A stretch of 64,000 bases of DNA from Eledone cirrhosa (GCA_964016885.1 OZ024740.1:352966001-353030000), one strand, 5' to 3'; shown: positions 27,834 to 41,717, counted from the stretch's first letter. Translations and numbers: made by a program. The notes: a model not told the origin generated them from the sequence alone.

Positions 27834-28199
27834 TTAATCTGAATTCTACTTTTGAAAAGCATAAGAACTGTGAAATCACTAAGGAAATAAATAAATATTC
27901 TTAAAAAGACTCCAGTTGCCTTTACATGGAGCACTCTTTTAGTCGTGGTCCTGACTCTTTTCCTATATATATATCTATCTATATACATATGTAAAAGGTA
28001 AACAGAAATAACAACACAATCGGTACAGTATATGGAAGGGATATATTAGGTTAACGCTTGTTATAGCAGGAAGAGGGTCTTAACGTTTCGGACATCAGAA
28101 GAAAGAATGAGAAATAAGATAGTTTGAGCTCTTTAATTGCTCTTGCGACCTTAGCTTCTGAAAGATTAGTTACCGCTGTAAGATGCCCCTCATGTACAT

Positions 28200-29560
28200 C
28201 AGAAGATGCTGTGACCGGGTTTAGAAGATTAGCAGAGTACTATCTCCACCTTGCGATGTTGCATCTCTTTTAAGAGAGACCCCCCCCCCCAGAAGCGTTC
28301 CTGATAGTAGGTGTGGAGGAGCACTTCTTATTACGACATCGGCAGATGGTCTTCCAGAACACTTTATTTGCGGACATGAGGTCGGATTCCATCTTAACCT
28401 CAAAGTCCTCCCATGTTTTAACTGAACGTCTTCACTGTCACTGCTGTGACTTTTCGCGCCTGTTAGTACCGCAAGTGCAAGAAGGAGAATTTGTTTCCAA
28501 GTCAAGCTTTGTAAGCCTACTTTGCTCGGGTGGCATCTTTGACCACTTAATTGAACCAACGGATCTTACTGCCATCCGGTGCAACACCAAGTCGCTTACG
28601 CCCGCAGCATTTAATAGTTGAAGCAGAAACTGCCGAGAAATAGTCTACAAAACCAATTATTGATCTCTGTCCTTGATTTTACGAATACCATATGCATTTA
28701 GGGATGCCTTTGTGCTGGAAGAAGTTGTTCATAATAGAGAGGCCATTACTAAAACAGAAGTCTAATAAGACCTCTCCATTCGTATTTATATCGGGATCGC
28801 TGTTCCTTCTAATCACTCCTTTCCATGTTAGGTAGTCAGTTCCAACATGTGCATTAAAGTTTTTTGTTAGGATATAAGACTCAGTCTTAATTACCTCTAA
28901 CGCTGCAGTGACTTCATAAAAGAAGGATCTATATTCCGGATCTCTGTTTGGCGCATTAACTTGCACCACCCACAGACCTTCTTTCAGCCTAAGCTTCAAG
29001 ACACAAATCTTCCCTCCCAATGGGATCCAGTTCATAAAAATTCTGACAGCAGGGGGTTTGTGAACATTCCTGCTCCCGCATGTACAGTCGTTTCTGGCGC
29101 CACACCTGAATAAGGGAGTTTCCATCTTCCATCCATGTCGCAGGCCCATTGCCAGTTCTTGAAGCCTTCGGTGGAGACTGCAATATATTTTTCGAGCAAG
29201 CCCGTCTACCTAAAGTCTGAATGCGTCCCTTGTTAAACTCGCACAAAGGACGATGCGGAATTGATGTTACTGTTTTCGGTCATATTGCACTGTTTTGGTG
29301 GTCTTATTCGCATCAGTCATCAATTTGGTATTTTTCTTGGACTCGCGAAGACTAGTCTTTTTTTAGATGCCGGCTTTACTCGCCTCTTTATAGTTACATC
29401 CCTGTGTTGTGAGAGTTTCTTTACTCTATCTCCCCTAGTAGTTTACCGCTGATGGTACGTGTCTGCTTATTCGTCCGACAGGGGCCAGCTTATATCACAA
29501 CAAACCATCATATCTGGAGGCCATCTCGCTATTCGCCACCTACAACCCGTTCGTTAGTAG
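28200..29560 (-). mobile_element. RTE-like LINE remnant (AP endonuclease region plus 3' part)
   Basis: VVQVNAPN, NFNAHVG, NGEVLLDFCFSNGLSIMNNFFQHK. Confidence 0.8.
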
Positions 29561-30419
29561 AACATCTCTGCCGAGAATGAGAACCAAAACCAAATTCCAG
29601 TGCAATTTGGTTATATTTATTTTCGTAATATCATTTTCAACAGATAAATGTTCATTGTCGGTAAAACTAGTGAAATGATAGTTTTAAATGAACCACTTGA
29701 TATATGTTATTTTATTGTATTCAAAATCGACAACATAAGCATATGATTGATACAATTATCTTTGTTTTAACCCACATGATCCTAGTTTGGCAATTGAGTA
29801 ATTCAAAATATGAAAATTAAAATGGGAAAATTAAAAACATCCTCTGAGCCAATGTCAAATGATTTCAATTACTGTAAATACCAAGAAAATATACATTGAA
29901 CCAGGAGTAACAAGTAACATACGTGTAACATACTTGTCTTATGCGATAAGGATTTCTACTTTAGGTACAAGTTAAATGATTTTGAGAGAGAGGGAAGGTC
30001 AATTAAATCGAATCCCAATACTTAAATGATACTTTATTTCATTGAAACTGAAAGAATGAAAGACAAAGTTGACCACGGCGTGATTTGAACTTAGAACGTA
30101 GTAAGCTCTAACTAAACATCGCAAAATATTTTGTCCGATGCTTTACTGATACTGTCAATGTGACAGTCGTTGCTAGGGAATATGAATCTGTTTTGGCTTG
30201 GATATTTGCAGACTATCAAAAGTCTTCTTCTCGAGAGAGTCGTGGAGGCAGATCCCCAGATACTCCTTCCAGAGAGTCATATCAGAAGCAACCGCCTCAA
30301 AATAATCCGACTGGAACACCAAACGTGACCAACCAAGCTTATAAAACCATCTTGCTCATGGTCTATCATTGGATTTCCTGCCGGTTAACTTTCTCCGTAA
30401 AATCTGTCCACTGATTCTT

Positions 30420-30610
30420 TCTTTTGCTATTCTCGCTACATGTCAACAGCACTGGGGCTGTGGTACTTCGAAGCAGAGAAGTAGGGGCTCTATCTGGAGA
30501 AGCTCCATAATCTCCGAGCTACGCATTCTATGAAGTAACGTTACTCTAAAGACTCTTCGGATGAACCCCATTTCGACCGCTTGTATTCGCGTTCTTTCGG
30601 TCATTACCAA
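30420..30610 (-). mobile_element. RTE LINE C-terminal fragment
   Basis: RIQAVEMGFIRRVFRVTLLHRMRSSEI. Confidence 0.65.
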
Positions 30611-32059
30611 TATTTTAAAATCAAAATTGGCAAACCAATTGATGGCCATATCAATAAAATGTTATAGCTTTGATTGTATGGCACACAAATTAACTGTATA
30701 CAATACCTACATGGTTAAAAACATGTCATTGTATTATATAGTCCATAAATGAATAACATATATCTTATTACAGGCAATGTACTGAAATATCGTAATCTTT
30801 CAACTATTAGGCGAATTACATTAATTGCATAAGAATTTCAATGAGTTAGCCTATGATATTTATAAAAGCTAATATTGCTTTATTTTGTTTTTATTATATT
30901 TCTACGAAATTAGAAGCTGAAAACATTTTGAAATAATATATTAGGGTTGTCATTACTTTTTGCATGACCTTTGAGGCTGCCAAGAAGGAAGTTATCTCCA
31001 GACAGGAAACCTCGTTCTAATGCTTACTAAAATGTTGATTCACATAAATCCAGGCAAGATTCAAATAGTAGGGATAAATCGGGTGACAGATTAAGTCTAC
31101 CAACCGAGAACACGGGATTCTCTGCATTTTCTTCTCTACTAAATTTCAATCACTAGACTTTGGACGAAAACGCTATGGTGCCGCGGAGTGGGATCTACTC
31201 CCCAAATCATATAATATTTAGCGAACTTCAAAACAACACAACTTCGTCTGCGTTCATAAATATTCTTGATTCGGCAGAAAATACTTTGCAGTATTTTTTG
31301 ACTGGAAAGGGTAAACTCCTTTTGTGGGTACATATTTAAAAAGTATTCTTTCGTTATACAATTTTGCTATATGTATTAAATTGCCACAAAAACACCAACA
31401 TACCAACTTTGGTATAAAGTATCCATACTTTAGGGTCTTTTGCTCTTCGTGCTGCACTTTAGTACTTTGTTATATTAGACAGCAGGTCTGACTGAGATGC
31501 GAGTTGCTTGCCCTACAACAAAACCACTTGTTGAAGCATTACATGCATAAAATCTAAGAATATTAATGTGTGGTTACGGTTGTGATTTACAAAGACACAT
31601 GGGTATGCTGTGGGATCCCAAAGTAAGTCATTAATTATTTTTACTTGGACAATAGATATTTTTCAGTAGTCTTACTTCAAGTGCAGCCTTTGAAGTAGTA
31701 CCTAATAGTGCTTTCTCCCGCTGATAATGGTCTGGAAATATTAGTCTGAGTTCTTGAAGAAAATCTATTTGTCCAGCATATCTAGAATTTGGGTTAAAAC
31801 TGCTTTAAAACATTTCGGGAGACACACAAAAGAGCATTTCACATGAGCTAGAATAATATAGCAGCCAGGGCAATAAATCAATTATCAACTATCTATTTGA
31901 AGTAACAAGAATAATATCTGGGTTAACTGATAGGAAAAAATCTAAATAGTGCTAAAATTCAGTTAAAATGAAAATTAATAAATCTAACGAACTTAGTATT
32001 AATAAAAGTGACAGGTAAAAGGAAAAACGTGAAACGTAAAAATTATCATCACCTATAAT

Positions 32060-33040
32060 ACATTCTGAGTTCAAAACACGCCGAGGTTAACTTTGCCTTT
32101 CATTCTTACGGGGTCGATAAAATAAAGTACCAGTAACGTACTGGGATAATTGCTGGCCTTGTGCCAATAGTAGAAACAATTATTTAGGGTGGTTTGGCAG
32201 TATCGGTAGAGCATGTGACACCATACTTTACAGCATAGAGTTATGTCCCTTTACGTTCTGAGTTCAAATCCCGCCGAGGTTAGCTTTGCCTTTCATCCTC
32301 ACGGGGTCGATAAAATAAAGTACCAGTAATGCACTGGAGTCGATTTAATCGACCCCCCCCCCCAAAAAAAAAATTGCTAGTTTGTACCTATATAAGAAAC
32401 CATTGTGGATTGGCAGTATCGGTAAAGGGTTGGACGCCATGCTTTCCAGCATAGTTACGTCCCTTTACGATCTGAGTTCAAATCCCGCCGAGGTTGACTT
32501 TGCCTTTCATCCTTACGGGGTCGATATAATAAAGTACCAGTAATACACTGGATAATTGCTGGCCTTGTGCCAAAAGTAGAAACAATTATTTAGGGCGAAG
32601 GGCGGTGGATTGGCAGTATCGGTAGAGGATCTGACGCCATGCTTTGCAGCAAAGAGTTACGGCCCTTTATGGTCTGAATTCAAATCCCGCCGAGGTTGAC
32701 TTTGCTTTCATCCTTACGGAGTCGATAAAATAGAGTACTAGTAACACACTGGAAAATTGCTGGCCTTGTGCCAAAAGTAGAAACAATTATTTGGGTCGAT
32801 AAAATAAAGTACCAAAATGCACTGGGGTCGATTTAATCGACTTGCCCCTCCCCAAAATTGCTGGTCTTGTGCCTAAATCAGAACCATTGGCAGTATCGGT
32901 AGCGGGTCGGACGCCATTCTGAGTTCAAATCCCGCCGAGGTTAACTTTGCCTTTCATCCTTACGGGGGTCGATAAAATAGAGTACTAGTAATGCACTGAG
33001 GTAATTACTGGCCTTGTGCCAAAAGTAGAAACAATTATTT
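32060..33040 (+). repeat. head-to-tail array of about five tRNA-SINE copies plus an extra tail
   Basis: B-box gagttcaaa/gaattcaaa recurs near 32087, 32260, 32474, 32676 and 32921, with SINE tails between. Confidence 0.9.
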
Positions 33041-33044
33041 CAAA

Positions 33045-33360
33045 TAGCAAACCAAGGGAGGTAAAAATACAAATCTCATTTCCCCTTAATTTGTTTGCAA
33101 TTTAAAATAATTGTTTCTACTTTAGGCACAAGGCCAGCAATTTGGGGAGAGGGGAAAGTCGATTAAATCGACCCTAGTGCCCACTGGTCCTTTATGGGGA
33201 TCGATAAAATAAAGTACCAGTAGACACTGGGGTTTATTTAATCGACTTTCCCATCTCCCAAAATTGCTGGCCTTTTGCCTAAAGTAGAAACAATTATATT
33301 AAATTGCCAACAAGTAAAGGGGAAATAAGATTCGTATTTTTACCTCCTTTGGTGTTTTGC
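33045..33360. repeat. about 145-bp-arm palindrome built from a SINE tail and its flank
   Basis: 33045-33190 is approximately the reverse complement of 33205-33360. Confidence 0.8.
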
Positions 33361-33519
33361 ACGAATTATTTCCCTTACAGCATAAGGGGAAATAACTTGA
33401 AAATATTTGGTTTCTATAGAGATGGTTGCTTTGTTGATAAAACGTACATTATATTTTCGTGGGATATGCATTGCGGCATATAGTTATGTCCTTCCACGCT
33501 TTGAGTTCAAATCCCACCA

Positions 33520-34900
33520 ACACACTCCGCATAGCCCGTGGTGAAGGATACCAATGGCAACATCATTACTACAGAAACCACCTGCCTCAAACGCTGGAGG
33601 GAGCACTTCAGCCTTCTGCTTCATCACCCAATCCTCCCAATCGATTCCTGGCTAACCATTACCGCAGACACAGCTGCAGCCAACGACAATTGCAGACTCG
33701 ATTCTGTCACTCCGATGAAGTCAGATACGCCATGAAGAAGCTCAACAACCGCAAAGCTCCTGGAATCTGCACTATCACAGTGGAGATGCTGAAGGCGGGC
33801 GAAGATAACGTGATCCAATGGCTCACTCACATCATCAACCTTGTATCGGTGTCAGGGCGGCTCCCAAATGATTGGACCTGGGGCATCATCCTTGCTACCT
33901 GGAAACGGAAGGGCAACAAACTCGTCTGCAGCAACCACAGGGGCATCAGCCTCCTCTCCATCCCAAGCTCTTCACATAGATTATCCTCAGCCGTGCTTTT
34001 CCCGCCATTAGAAGCAGACGCCGCCATTAGAAGCAGGATTCATGCCAAATCGATCTACCGTCAACCACATTTATGGCCTCTGTCTCGTTATTGAAATATC
34101 TCGGGAGTTCCGAAGAGATCACCGCTTCTACGTCGACTTCAAGGCGGCTTTCAACACGGTCGACTACGCGTCATTTTGGAAAATTTTGAAGCTCATCGGC
34201 ACGCCTCCCAAGATCACCACCCTATTCCAACGTCTCTATAGCAGTGCCGAGAGTTCTGTGTGGGTGAACGGGAAGAACTCCGATTGGTTCCTCATCAACA
34301 GCGAGGTCAGACAGTGCTGCGTGGCTGCCCCGACCTCTTCAACAGTATCATTGACTATCGAGGTCTGTAAGCGAGTTTCCGGTGTTACCTTCCGGAACTA
34401 CCACCTTACCGATGACACCAGCTTACTCAGCAACTCGAAAGATCAGCTCAGGATCGCGCTGACCACATACCGGGAAGAATCAGTAGAGCCTGGACTTTAG
34501 GTGTGCTGGGCGAAGACCAAGCTGATGCATGTCGGTGAAGGCCTGGAACCCCCCCCCCCCCGCTTCATATTGGCTCTGACGTTGTGGAGTTTGTCAGCTC
34601 TTTCATTTACATAGGCTCGACAGTCATCAACAATGGGAACCTTGACCTGGAGATCAACTGCAGATGCGGTCTGGCCGCTGAGGCCATGCACTCACCATGG
34701 AAGCTCCCGGAAGACGAAACTCTGTATCTACAGGGCTTCGGTCCTCTCCGTACTCCTCTATGGAGCAAATACGTGGCCCCTCACAAAAAACCGTGGCAAA
34801 GAGGACTGACGGCATCGAGAACATCAGATGGTCCTATCACGTTTCCAACAAAGAGTTGCGTGCGCGCACGCATTAGCCCGCTGCCTCCCATCTCATAGCA
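33520..34900 (+). mobile_element. RTE-like LINE RT region, degenerate
   Basis: RWREHF, KAPGIC.ITVEMLK, CSNHRGISLLSIP, VDFKAAFNTVD, FIYIGS. Confidence 0.88.
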
Positions 34901-34983
34901 ATACCGATGTGCGAACCGCAAGGGGACTATGTTGAAAGATAAACCTAATTTCGTTACATTCCATGTGAGTATCTTGGTCAGTC

Positions 34984-35008
34984 GAAGAAGAAGAAGAAGA
35001 AGAAGAAG

Positions 35009-35037
<29 letters not shown>
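34984..35037. repeat. (GAA)n microsatellite
   Basis: Seen directly in the sequence. Confidence 0.95.
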
Positions 35038-35040
<3 letters not shown>

Positions 35041-35114
35041 TGGCCGATAAGTACTGGGCTCTATTAACTCGAAACATTCCTCGCTAAATTGTATAGCGTT
35101 AATGCCAATGATAA

Positions 35115-37283
35115 CACCGTGTAACAAAAAATTTTTTTTCCCTGTTCCTAGCTTATAATCACTTTTTTGTGTTGCTTAGGTCCCAAATAAATAAATAAAT
35201 GCTATTAAACAGTTAAAAGTTTGGGTTTGTAAAAATTCTAAGCTATTCACTAGAATTATTTGTATACTGGATTTTACGTTGTATGTAAGTTTAATTTGCT
35301 TATGTTAAATGATTGTTTTTATATATGTTTCAGGTTAAATTAAAATTATAAAATAAAGAGTAATACCTAAAGAAAATTATAAAAGTGCAATAAAGTATAA
35401 AATTGTTAAAAAGTGGATTAAAGAGATTTATTGATACTGGATTTTTGCACCCTGAATAAAGGGTAAGTTGTGTTTTAAGCACGAATTTTCATTAGTATGA
35501 TTAGTGTTCTTTTATATTATTTAAATATGTATTTCACTTTCCAATAATTATTTTGTATTGCATATCAAATTTATTTTCCAAGACAAGTATTCTGATGAGG
35601 AGGAGGAGATGGATGCTGAGGACTTGGATTACCTGCTTGAGGTACCAGAAAAAGTTCCTCACTTCCCAAACCAAATATGGGTCTGACCAAGTCCAATGCA
35701 GAGCTATTCGTTTCAAGGATGAAGCAGTGGAGGTTGGTCAAGGAGGAAGTGGAGGTTGGTCAAGGAGGAAGTGTAGGTGACAAGTCAGAGAAGTCGACAC
35801 GAACCTTTCTCAGGCTTTTACACTCTTAGGGATGGCCTCTGCTTCTGCCATGACGTGCCTGGACTGTTTGACATTATTGGGGTGCCGTTTGTGCCCAAAG
35901 AGTGGCGGCTATTTATAGACAGCTCCACCACAAGTTTGAAGGCTGTCCTCCTCCACAATGGAAACAAGTTCCCGACACTGCCCCTAGCTCATTCAGTCTG
36001 CATGAAGGAAGATTACTACAGTGTAAAAGTCCTCTTGGAAGCTCTGCAATACAACCAGTACAATTGAGAAATCATTGGAAACTTCAAGATGGTGGCTTTC
36101 CTGCTTGGACTCCAATGCTTCCTCTTCCTTTGGGACAGCAGAGCCACCTCTGACCACTACAAAAGAAACAACTGGGAGCAGTGAACAGAATTTGTAGTTG
36201 GGACCCGGAAGGTCTTGTGGGAGCCACTGGTTGATCCCAGGATTGTGCTCATGCCGCCACTGCACATTAAGTTGGGGTTGATGAAGCAGTTTGTGAAGGC
36301 TCTCAACCAAGAATCAGCCGCTTTTAAGTACCTTCTTGAATTCTTCCCCAAGTTATCTGAGGCCAAAATCAAAGGTGGAATTTTTGTTGGACCTCAGATA
36401 AAGAAGGTGTTTAAGTCTACCGAGTTCTCCAATAAGCTCAATAGGATTGAGAGAACAACATGGAACTGTTTCAAGGCAGTTGTTAAGGGCTTCCTGGGCA
36501 ACTACAGAGCTGAAAACTACCAGCAACTGGTGCAGGATCTGATAAAGGCTTTTGGCGCCATGGGATGCAGGATGTCGCTTAAACTCCATATGCTGGACGC
36601 TCACTTGGAAAAATTCAAGGACAATATAGGCGCCTACTCAGAAGAACAAGGCGAACGATTCCACCAAGATGTGAACGAGATAGAGCGGGGGTACTAGGGC
36701 CACTACAATGAAAAAATGATGGGGGACTATATATGGGGGCTAGTGCGGAAATGCGACCTGGACTACAACCGCAAATCCAGGAAATCCAGTCATTTCTGAC
36801 GTGTATAAGTTGCTTTATAAGTGTTATTTGTTTTTAATAGTTTGCTTTTGATAAGCTTGTGTAATAAAATAAATATATACTCTGTTGATTTAATTATATG
36901 AACTGATAAATTAAAAAAAAAATGTGTTTTTTCTTGAAAAATATGAAAATTTCGAAATATCAAACTCCTGATCACAAACCCAAACTTCTGATTAAATAAT
37001 AGTGTTTTTTTAAATAATTGTTTCTACGTTAGGCACAAGGCCAGCAATTACTCAGTGCATTACTGGTACTTTATTTTATCGACCCCGTAAGGATGAAAGG
37101 CAAAGTTAACCTCGGCGGGATTTGAACTCAGAATGGTAAGGGCCGTAACTCTATACGTCAAAGCATGGCGTCCGACCCTCTACCGATACTGCCAATCCAC
37201 CGCCTTTTTTAAAATAATAATGGGATATAACAAACCACGAAATGACACTTAGAACCGGGGAACAAAAAATATGTTACACGGTG
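35115..37283 (+). mobile_element. Chapaev (CMC superfamily)-type DNA transposon with both TIRs and a disrupted transposase
   Basis: The ends are CACCGTGTAACA...TGTTACACGGTG. Transposase motifs are WRLFIDSS, LKAVLLHNGN, PPLHIKLGLMKQFVKAL, MSLKLHMLDAHL and SEEQGERFHQD. The TSD is not clean (taa / aat). Confidence 0.8.
37012..37205 (-). mobile_element. tRNA-derived SINE nested inside the DNA transposon
   Basis: Near-intact reverse complement of the SINE family. Confidence 0.88.
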
Positions 37284-38811
37284 AATCGTTTTTCAACATA
37301 AAGGAATATTTTTATATTAGTTTCGCTATTACCCCTTTTTTTTATTTAAACAAGGTGTAAATCAATTAAGTTGCATACATCAAGTATCAAAACCAGATTG
37401 CCCTCATTTCAATCTTACCTCCTATTCAATTAAGTTCGCATCAAATTCGTATTATTTAATATATGATTAATTTCACTCACAAAATGCGAATAAGTTGAAA
37501 TGCAGTTGTACTATGGCGGCAGGCGTGTCTGTTTAGTGAAGCTGTACAGCCATAAATTTGTTCAGATTTTATTCATTAAGCGAAGTAATTCCTTATATAG
37601 TACGTGTGTATTAACCGACCGCATATCCCTGCATCTTATAAGAAGGGTTGCCTCTAGGCAGGGCATCCAGATGTAAAAAAAAACCTTGTATAAAAAAGGG
37701 GCTCCCACGTTATTGGGTCCTCATGGTAGTAGTAGTAGTAACAGCAGCAGTGGATGTATTAGTAAAAGTAGTTGTGAAACATATACAGCAGGTTGAACAC
37801 AAAAGAACAAAACTCCCACTGTCACTGCCTCCGTCTTTCCCGTTCTCCCTATCTCTCACTATTATGAGCAAATATGGGCCCATGCGCTGCATCTACAAGT
37901 GTTTCACTTTATAAACATCAATTTGAGACATCATTATTGGTAGGATCCCAATCATGCATATATCGTTTGTCAGACAACAGACAGATACGTAATATTTTAC
38001 TTATAATGTTAAATATCGTAGCTTTTAAATCATAACCATAAGACGTTTTTTAAAAGAATAACAAGTTAACTTTATTCAGAGAAGGTACTTTTATATAATC
38101 AGCAAATAAACAGAATACAAACATAACTGTTGAAAACGGCAAAATACAGTATATTTTATATATATATGTATATATTAATTATTTAAACTAATCATTATAA
38201 TTAGTATGCCTAATATATCTACTATCAAATAATTTGAATTTAAATGTTTTTCTTCCCTTTATATATAATTCACAATATTGAAATATCATTCACAATAATA
38301 TTTATAATACAATTTTATTAGTTTTTATTAATAATGTTGTTATTATATATTTATATACCATTATACATATTTATTCTCATCTTTGCAAATTTGTAATAGT
38401 CTACTTTTTTTTAACTGCAGTGGGATTAGACATAATACATTTCCATGTGAAATGTATATAAATATTACGAAACCTTTATTATTTGAAGTGCGAAAACGCA
38501 AAGATTATAAACGAAACACTCAGAAAATATAATATTTTCAAATATCTAATTAATATATTTTGTTAAAGTTCGTAAATATTTATACGCTTTATAGTTCATA
38601 AGCTAAGATCAAAACGGCCCAATTACACTGTATAATCATTGCTTATACACATGTATTCGAATATTGTAAATATTTATGAATTGGTTTCGTTCGTTTATTT
38701 TCATGCTTAATTATTTGTATTAATGCATGTATTTTTTACTTTTACAATTTTTATGTTGTTTCATTGAATTTTATGTATCCATCTCATAAGTAAATAAAAC
38801 AATAAAATAGT

Positions 38812-38894
<83 letters not shown>

Positions 38895-39144
38895 TAGAAA
38901 CTGATATTGCATCTTTCGAAGTCATTTTAAAGAAGAATACGATTAAATGTTTGGCAAAAATGTATAAAGGTATTGCTTTACGTATGCAAAATCTAAAAGC
39001 GAGAATATGAAAATTATTAGTTCAAACAATATTGCTTTTTTGTATTTGCTTTCGTTGCGAATATAGAAGAATGAAATAAAAAAAGAAATTTGGTGTTTCA
39101 TTTCCAAGTTGAATCATTGCCGTAGACTTATTGTATTTGCTCGT

Positions 39145-39426
39145 TTAATATTTTCTTTGTGTGGAAAAGAAAGCTGATGTACCAGATCGGCCTGCAGATC
39201 CTGCGGGAGAAGAGGTTGAATGCCTCTCAGTCGTGGATCGATAGACATTAGAACTATCACTAGCTTGGGACGACTGTCGACTTCCGGCGAACGTCTGATG
39301 TTCTGTTCTGCTCATCTCCGACATTTGCGACATGCTATGCGTTTCTCCGAAGCTGCTTCCTTCACCACCCGTTGTACCATTAAGATTGTAAAAATATGAG
39401 CTCATTTGTTCATTCATAGAGCGGCT
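39145..39426 (-). CDS. helical-repeat protein, terminal exon (Ser/Gly-rich tail, SRSMNEQ...TQRKY*)
   Basis: ttttcattttcag acceptor, phase 0, open to TAA. Confidence 0.8.
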   Translation of the reverse strand, partial: SRSMNEQMSSYFYNLNGTTGGEGSSFGETHSMSQMSEMSRTEHQTFAGSRQSSQASDSSNVYRSTTERHSTSSPAGSAGRSGTSAFFSTQRKY

Positions 39427-39845
39427 CTGAAAATGAAAACAAAGGAAATATAAGCGAAAATTTCAGATCTGAATGGAATGATGTGACATACATTCTTTCG
39501 AAGTTCATCGCTGACTTAAGTAATACCCAAACAGTTTTGGCATAGTCAATTCAGTTCACAGCGATTTATTAGTCAAATTGAATACTTTATGTCTGACTTT
39601 AGAGGGTTTGATAATATTCCTATCCTTTACAACATACTTGGTGTCATAAAACATAAATTCCATTTTGTCTGTTATCTAAACAACAACCCAGTCTTTCTAG
39701 CGAATGTTTCAGAGTCTATAAAATTCACTTAAAGAATAAATAACATTAAATATTTTGAAACATTTCAAAATAAAGGTGAAATAGTTTGAAATCTTGGTAT
39801 CAAAATAAACAACGAACAAATATATATATATATATATGTATATAC

Positions 39846-40037
39846 CCAGGAATAGGACATGTGTCCACTTCTGTTCAGCAATTGAACTTCTTCTGTTGAA
39901 TTACGGATAAGAATTTCATCAGCTCTGGCAGAGAGGTCTTGATAAATTTGATCAATGTCTAAACCAAGCACACGACTACTTGAGCCGTTTGAATTTGAAA
40001 TATCAAAGAAATGCTGATAATTTCTCCATGACTGTGA
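39846..40037 (-). CDS. helical-repeat protein exon (second half of the C-terminal domain)
   Basis: ttctacttacag|TCACAG TCATGG...TCCTGG|gtatat, phase 0-0. An alternative acceptor lies at 40031. Confidence 0.8.
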
Positions 40038-41080
40038 CTGTAAGTAGAAACAAAAGAAAAATGTAAAGTTGAAAACAAAAATGAGACACTATAATAAGTA
40101 ACAGTGACTAATATTGTCTTAATTTCGGTTCTGCTCTTTTGATAATTTTAATTTTCATTATTCATTTTAAGTTGTTGCTGTGTGTCGACATTTATGCAAT
40201 GAATTATGTGCATTGGTTGCTAGTATTACACAGATATCGTTAAATAACATGAAAACATCTGAAGAGAGTCTGGATTCAGTGTTTTGTCTCTTCTCACCTG
40301 CTCTTTGTCTCTTCTAAACCTTCTCCAGTAATGTAAGGCAAACAGTGGACTGTAGGCATCCCGAGAACAACCAAACAAGCTCGAAATCCATAATTTTATA
40401 GAGAATTACGTAACCTGACGAACATTCTAGAAGAGAACATGCTGTGCAGGATACGAATTCTTTGGAAATAATAATTCATGGATACAGCTACTCTTCAAGT
40501 TTCATATCCATTCTATTAGATCAAAAATAAGTTTACAATGCCATATTCGAACACAAATTCTCAATACCAAGAGATGCTAATGATGATTATATTCCATAAA
40601 AGTATAAATCCTTTTACTTATACTTCAGTAACAAATTGAAATATTTCTGGTTAAGATATTTTCCTACTACTGGTGTACACTTTCGTCGGTACATCTAAAG
40701 ACTATTTCTCTTTCCAAGCAATCGAAAGGTTTTCGTTGAAAAAATTAATTGTATAGAAATTCATTGTTGCTGTCTATTTACCCTGTTGGTGTTAGAAAGA
40801 GATTGACCTCTTGGTAACCTTAATGGTTTTGACTTTCGGATTTAGATCATTGCCTGAAGAGTTTGACTAAGCAAACTTCTGGTCCGTCATTCTATCAACT
40901 CACCTACATGAGGTTTTTCTTAATAATTTATAAATTCCTCGCCAAAGTTTGTGTTTTGGGATTCAGCATGTAAAGTCAGTGTTCTTTTTTTATATTGAAT
41001 ACAATGCATGTTGTAAATGCCCGCCATATCATCAGATACGTAAATTATGATCAACTATTATAAAATAGTTTAAAACCTAC

Positions 41081-41370
41081 CTCAGAACGTCTTTCGTATT
41101 CACCAAGGACCACTAGTGCAGAAATGAGAAGATCATGAGAGAAACCACCCGAGCGATTGTACCAACCCATTCTAGAGCCAGTTCTTGCATCAATGCTGAC
41201 ATCGTCACGATTGTAAAAGGCTGCTGGATCAGGTGCAGCATGACCACGGATTCTGCTTCGAGCTTCATTCACTTCAACAGATAAATAATCAGTGAGATTT
41301 TTCTGTTCGATTTCAATAACGCAGCGTCGAATATCATCCTTGTTGTCAGTCAAGAAAGCAGTTTCGAGTT
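41081..41370 (-). CDS. helical-repeat protein exon (last repeat plus start of the C-terminal domain)
   Basis: ttttcacacag|...GAG|gtagg. 290 nt, phase 1 to 0; KLETAFL...LGEYERRSE. Confidence 0.85.
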
Positions 41371-41628
41371 CTGTGTGAAAAAAAACAAACAAAAACACAA
41401 ATCAGTATTCAACGTTGTCAAAATCCTTAAATATATTAAAAGTAGATATATGTATGTTGGTTCCTGTGTGTAATATACATATATATTTACACATTCTCAC
41501 ACAAATATGCACACAAACTCACGAATATATATATATATATACTCTTTTACTCTTTTACCTGTTTCAGCCATCCGACTGAGGCCATGCTGGGGCACCGCCC
41601 TTGGTATATATATATATACATATATATA

Positions 41629-41717
<89 letters not shown>

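Noticed and set aside
32060-33040. CRISPR-like or tRNA gene array
   Set aside because: The units are about 200-bp SINEs with A/B boxes, with no cloverleaf and no unique spacers, in a eukaryotic context.
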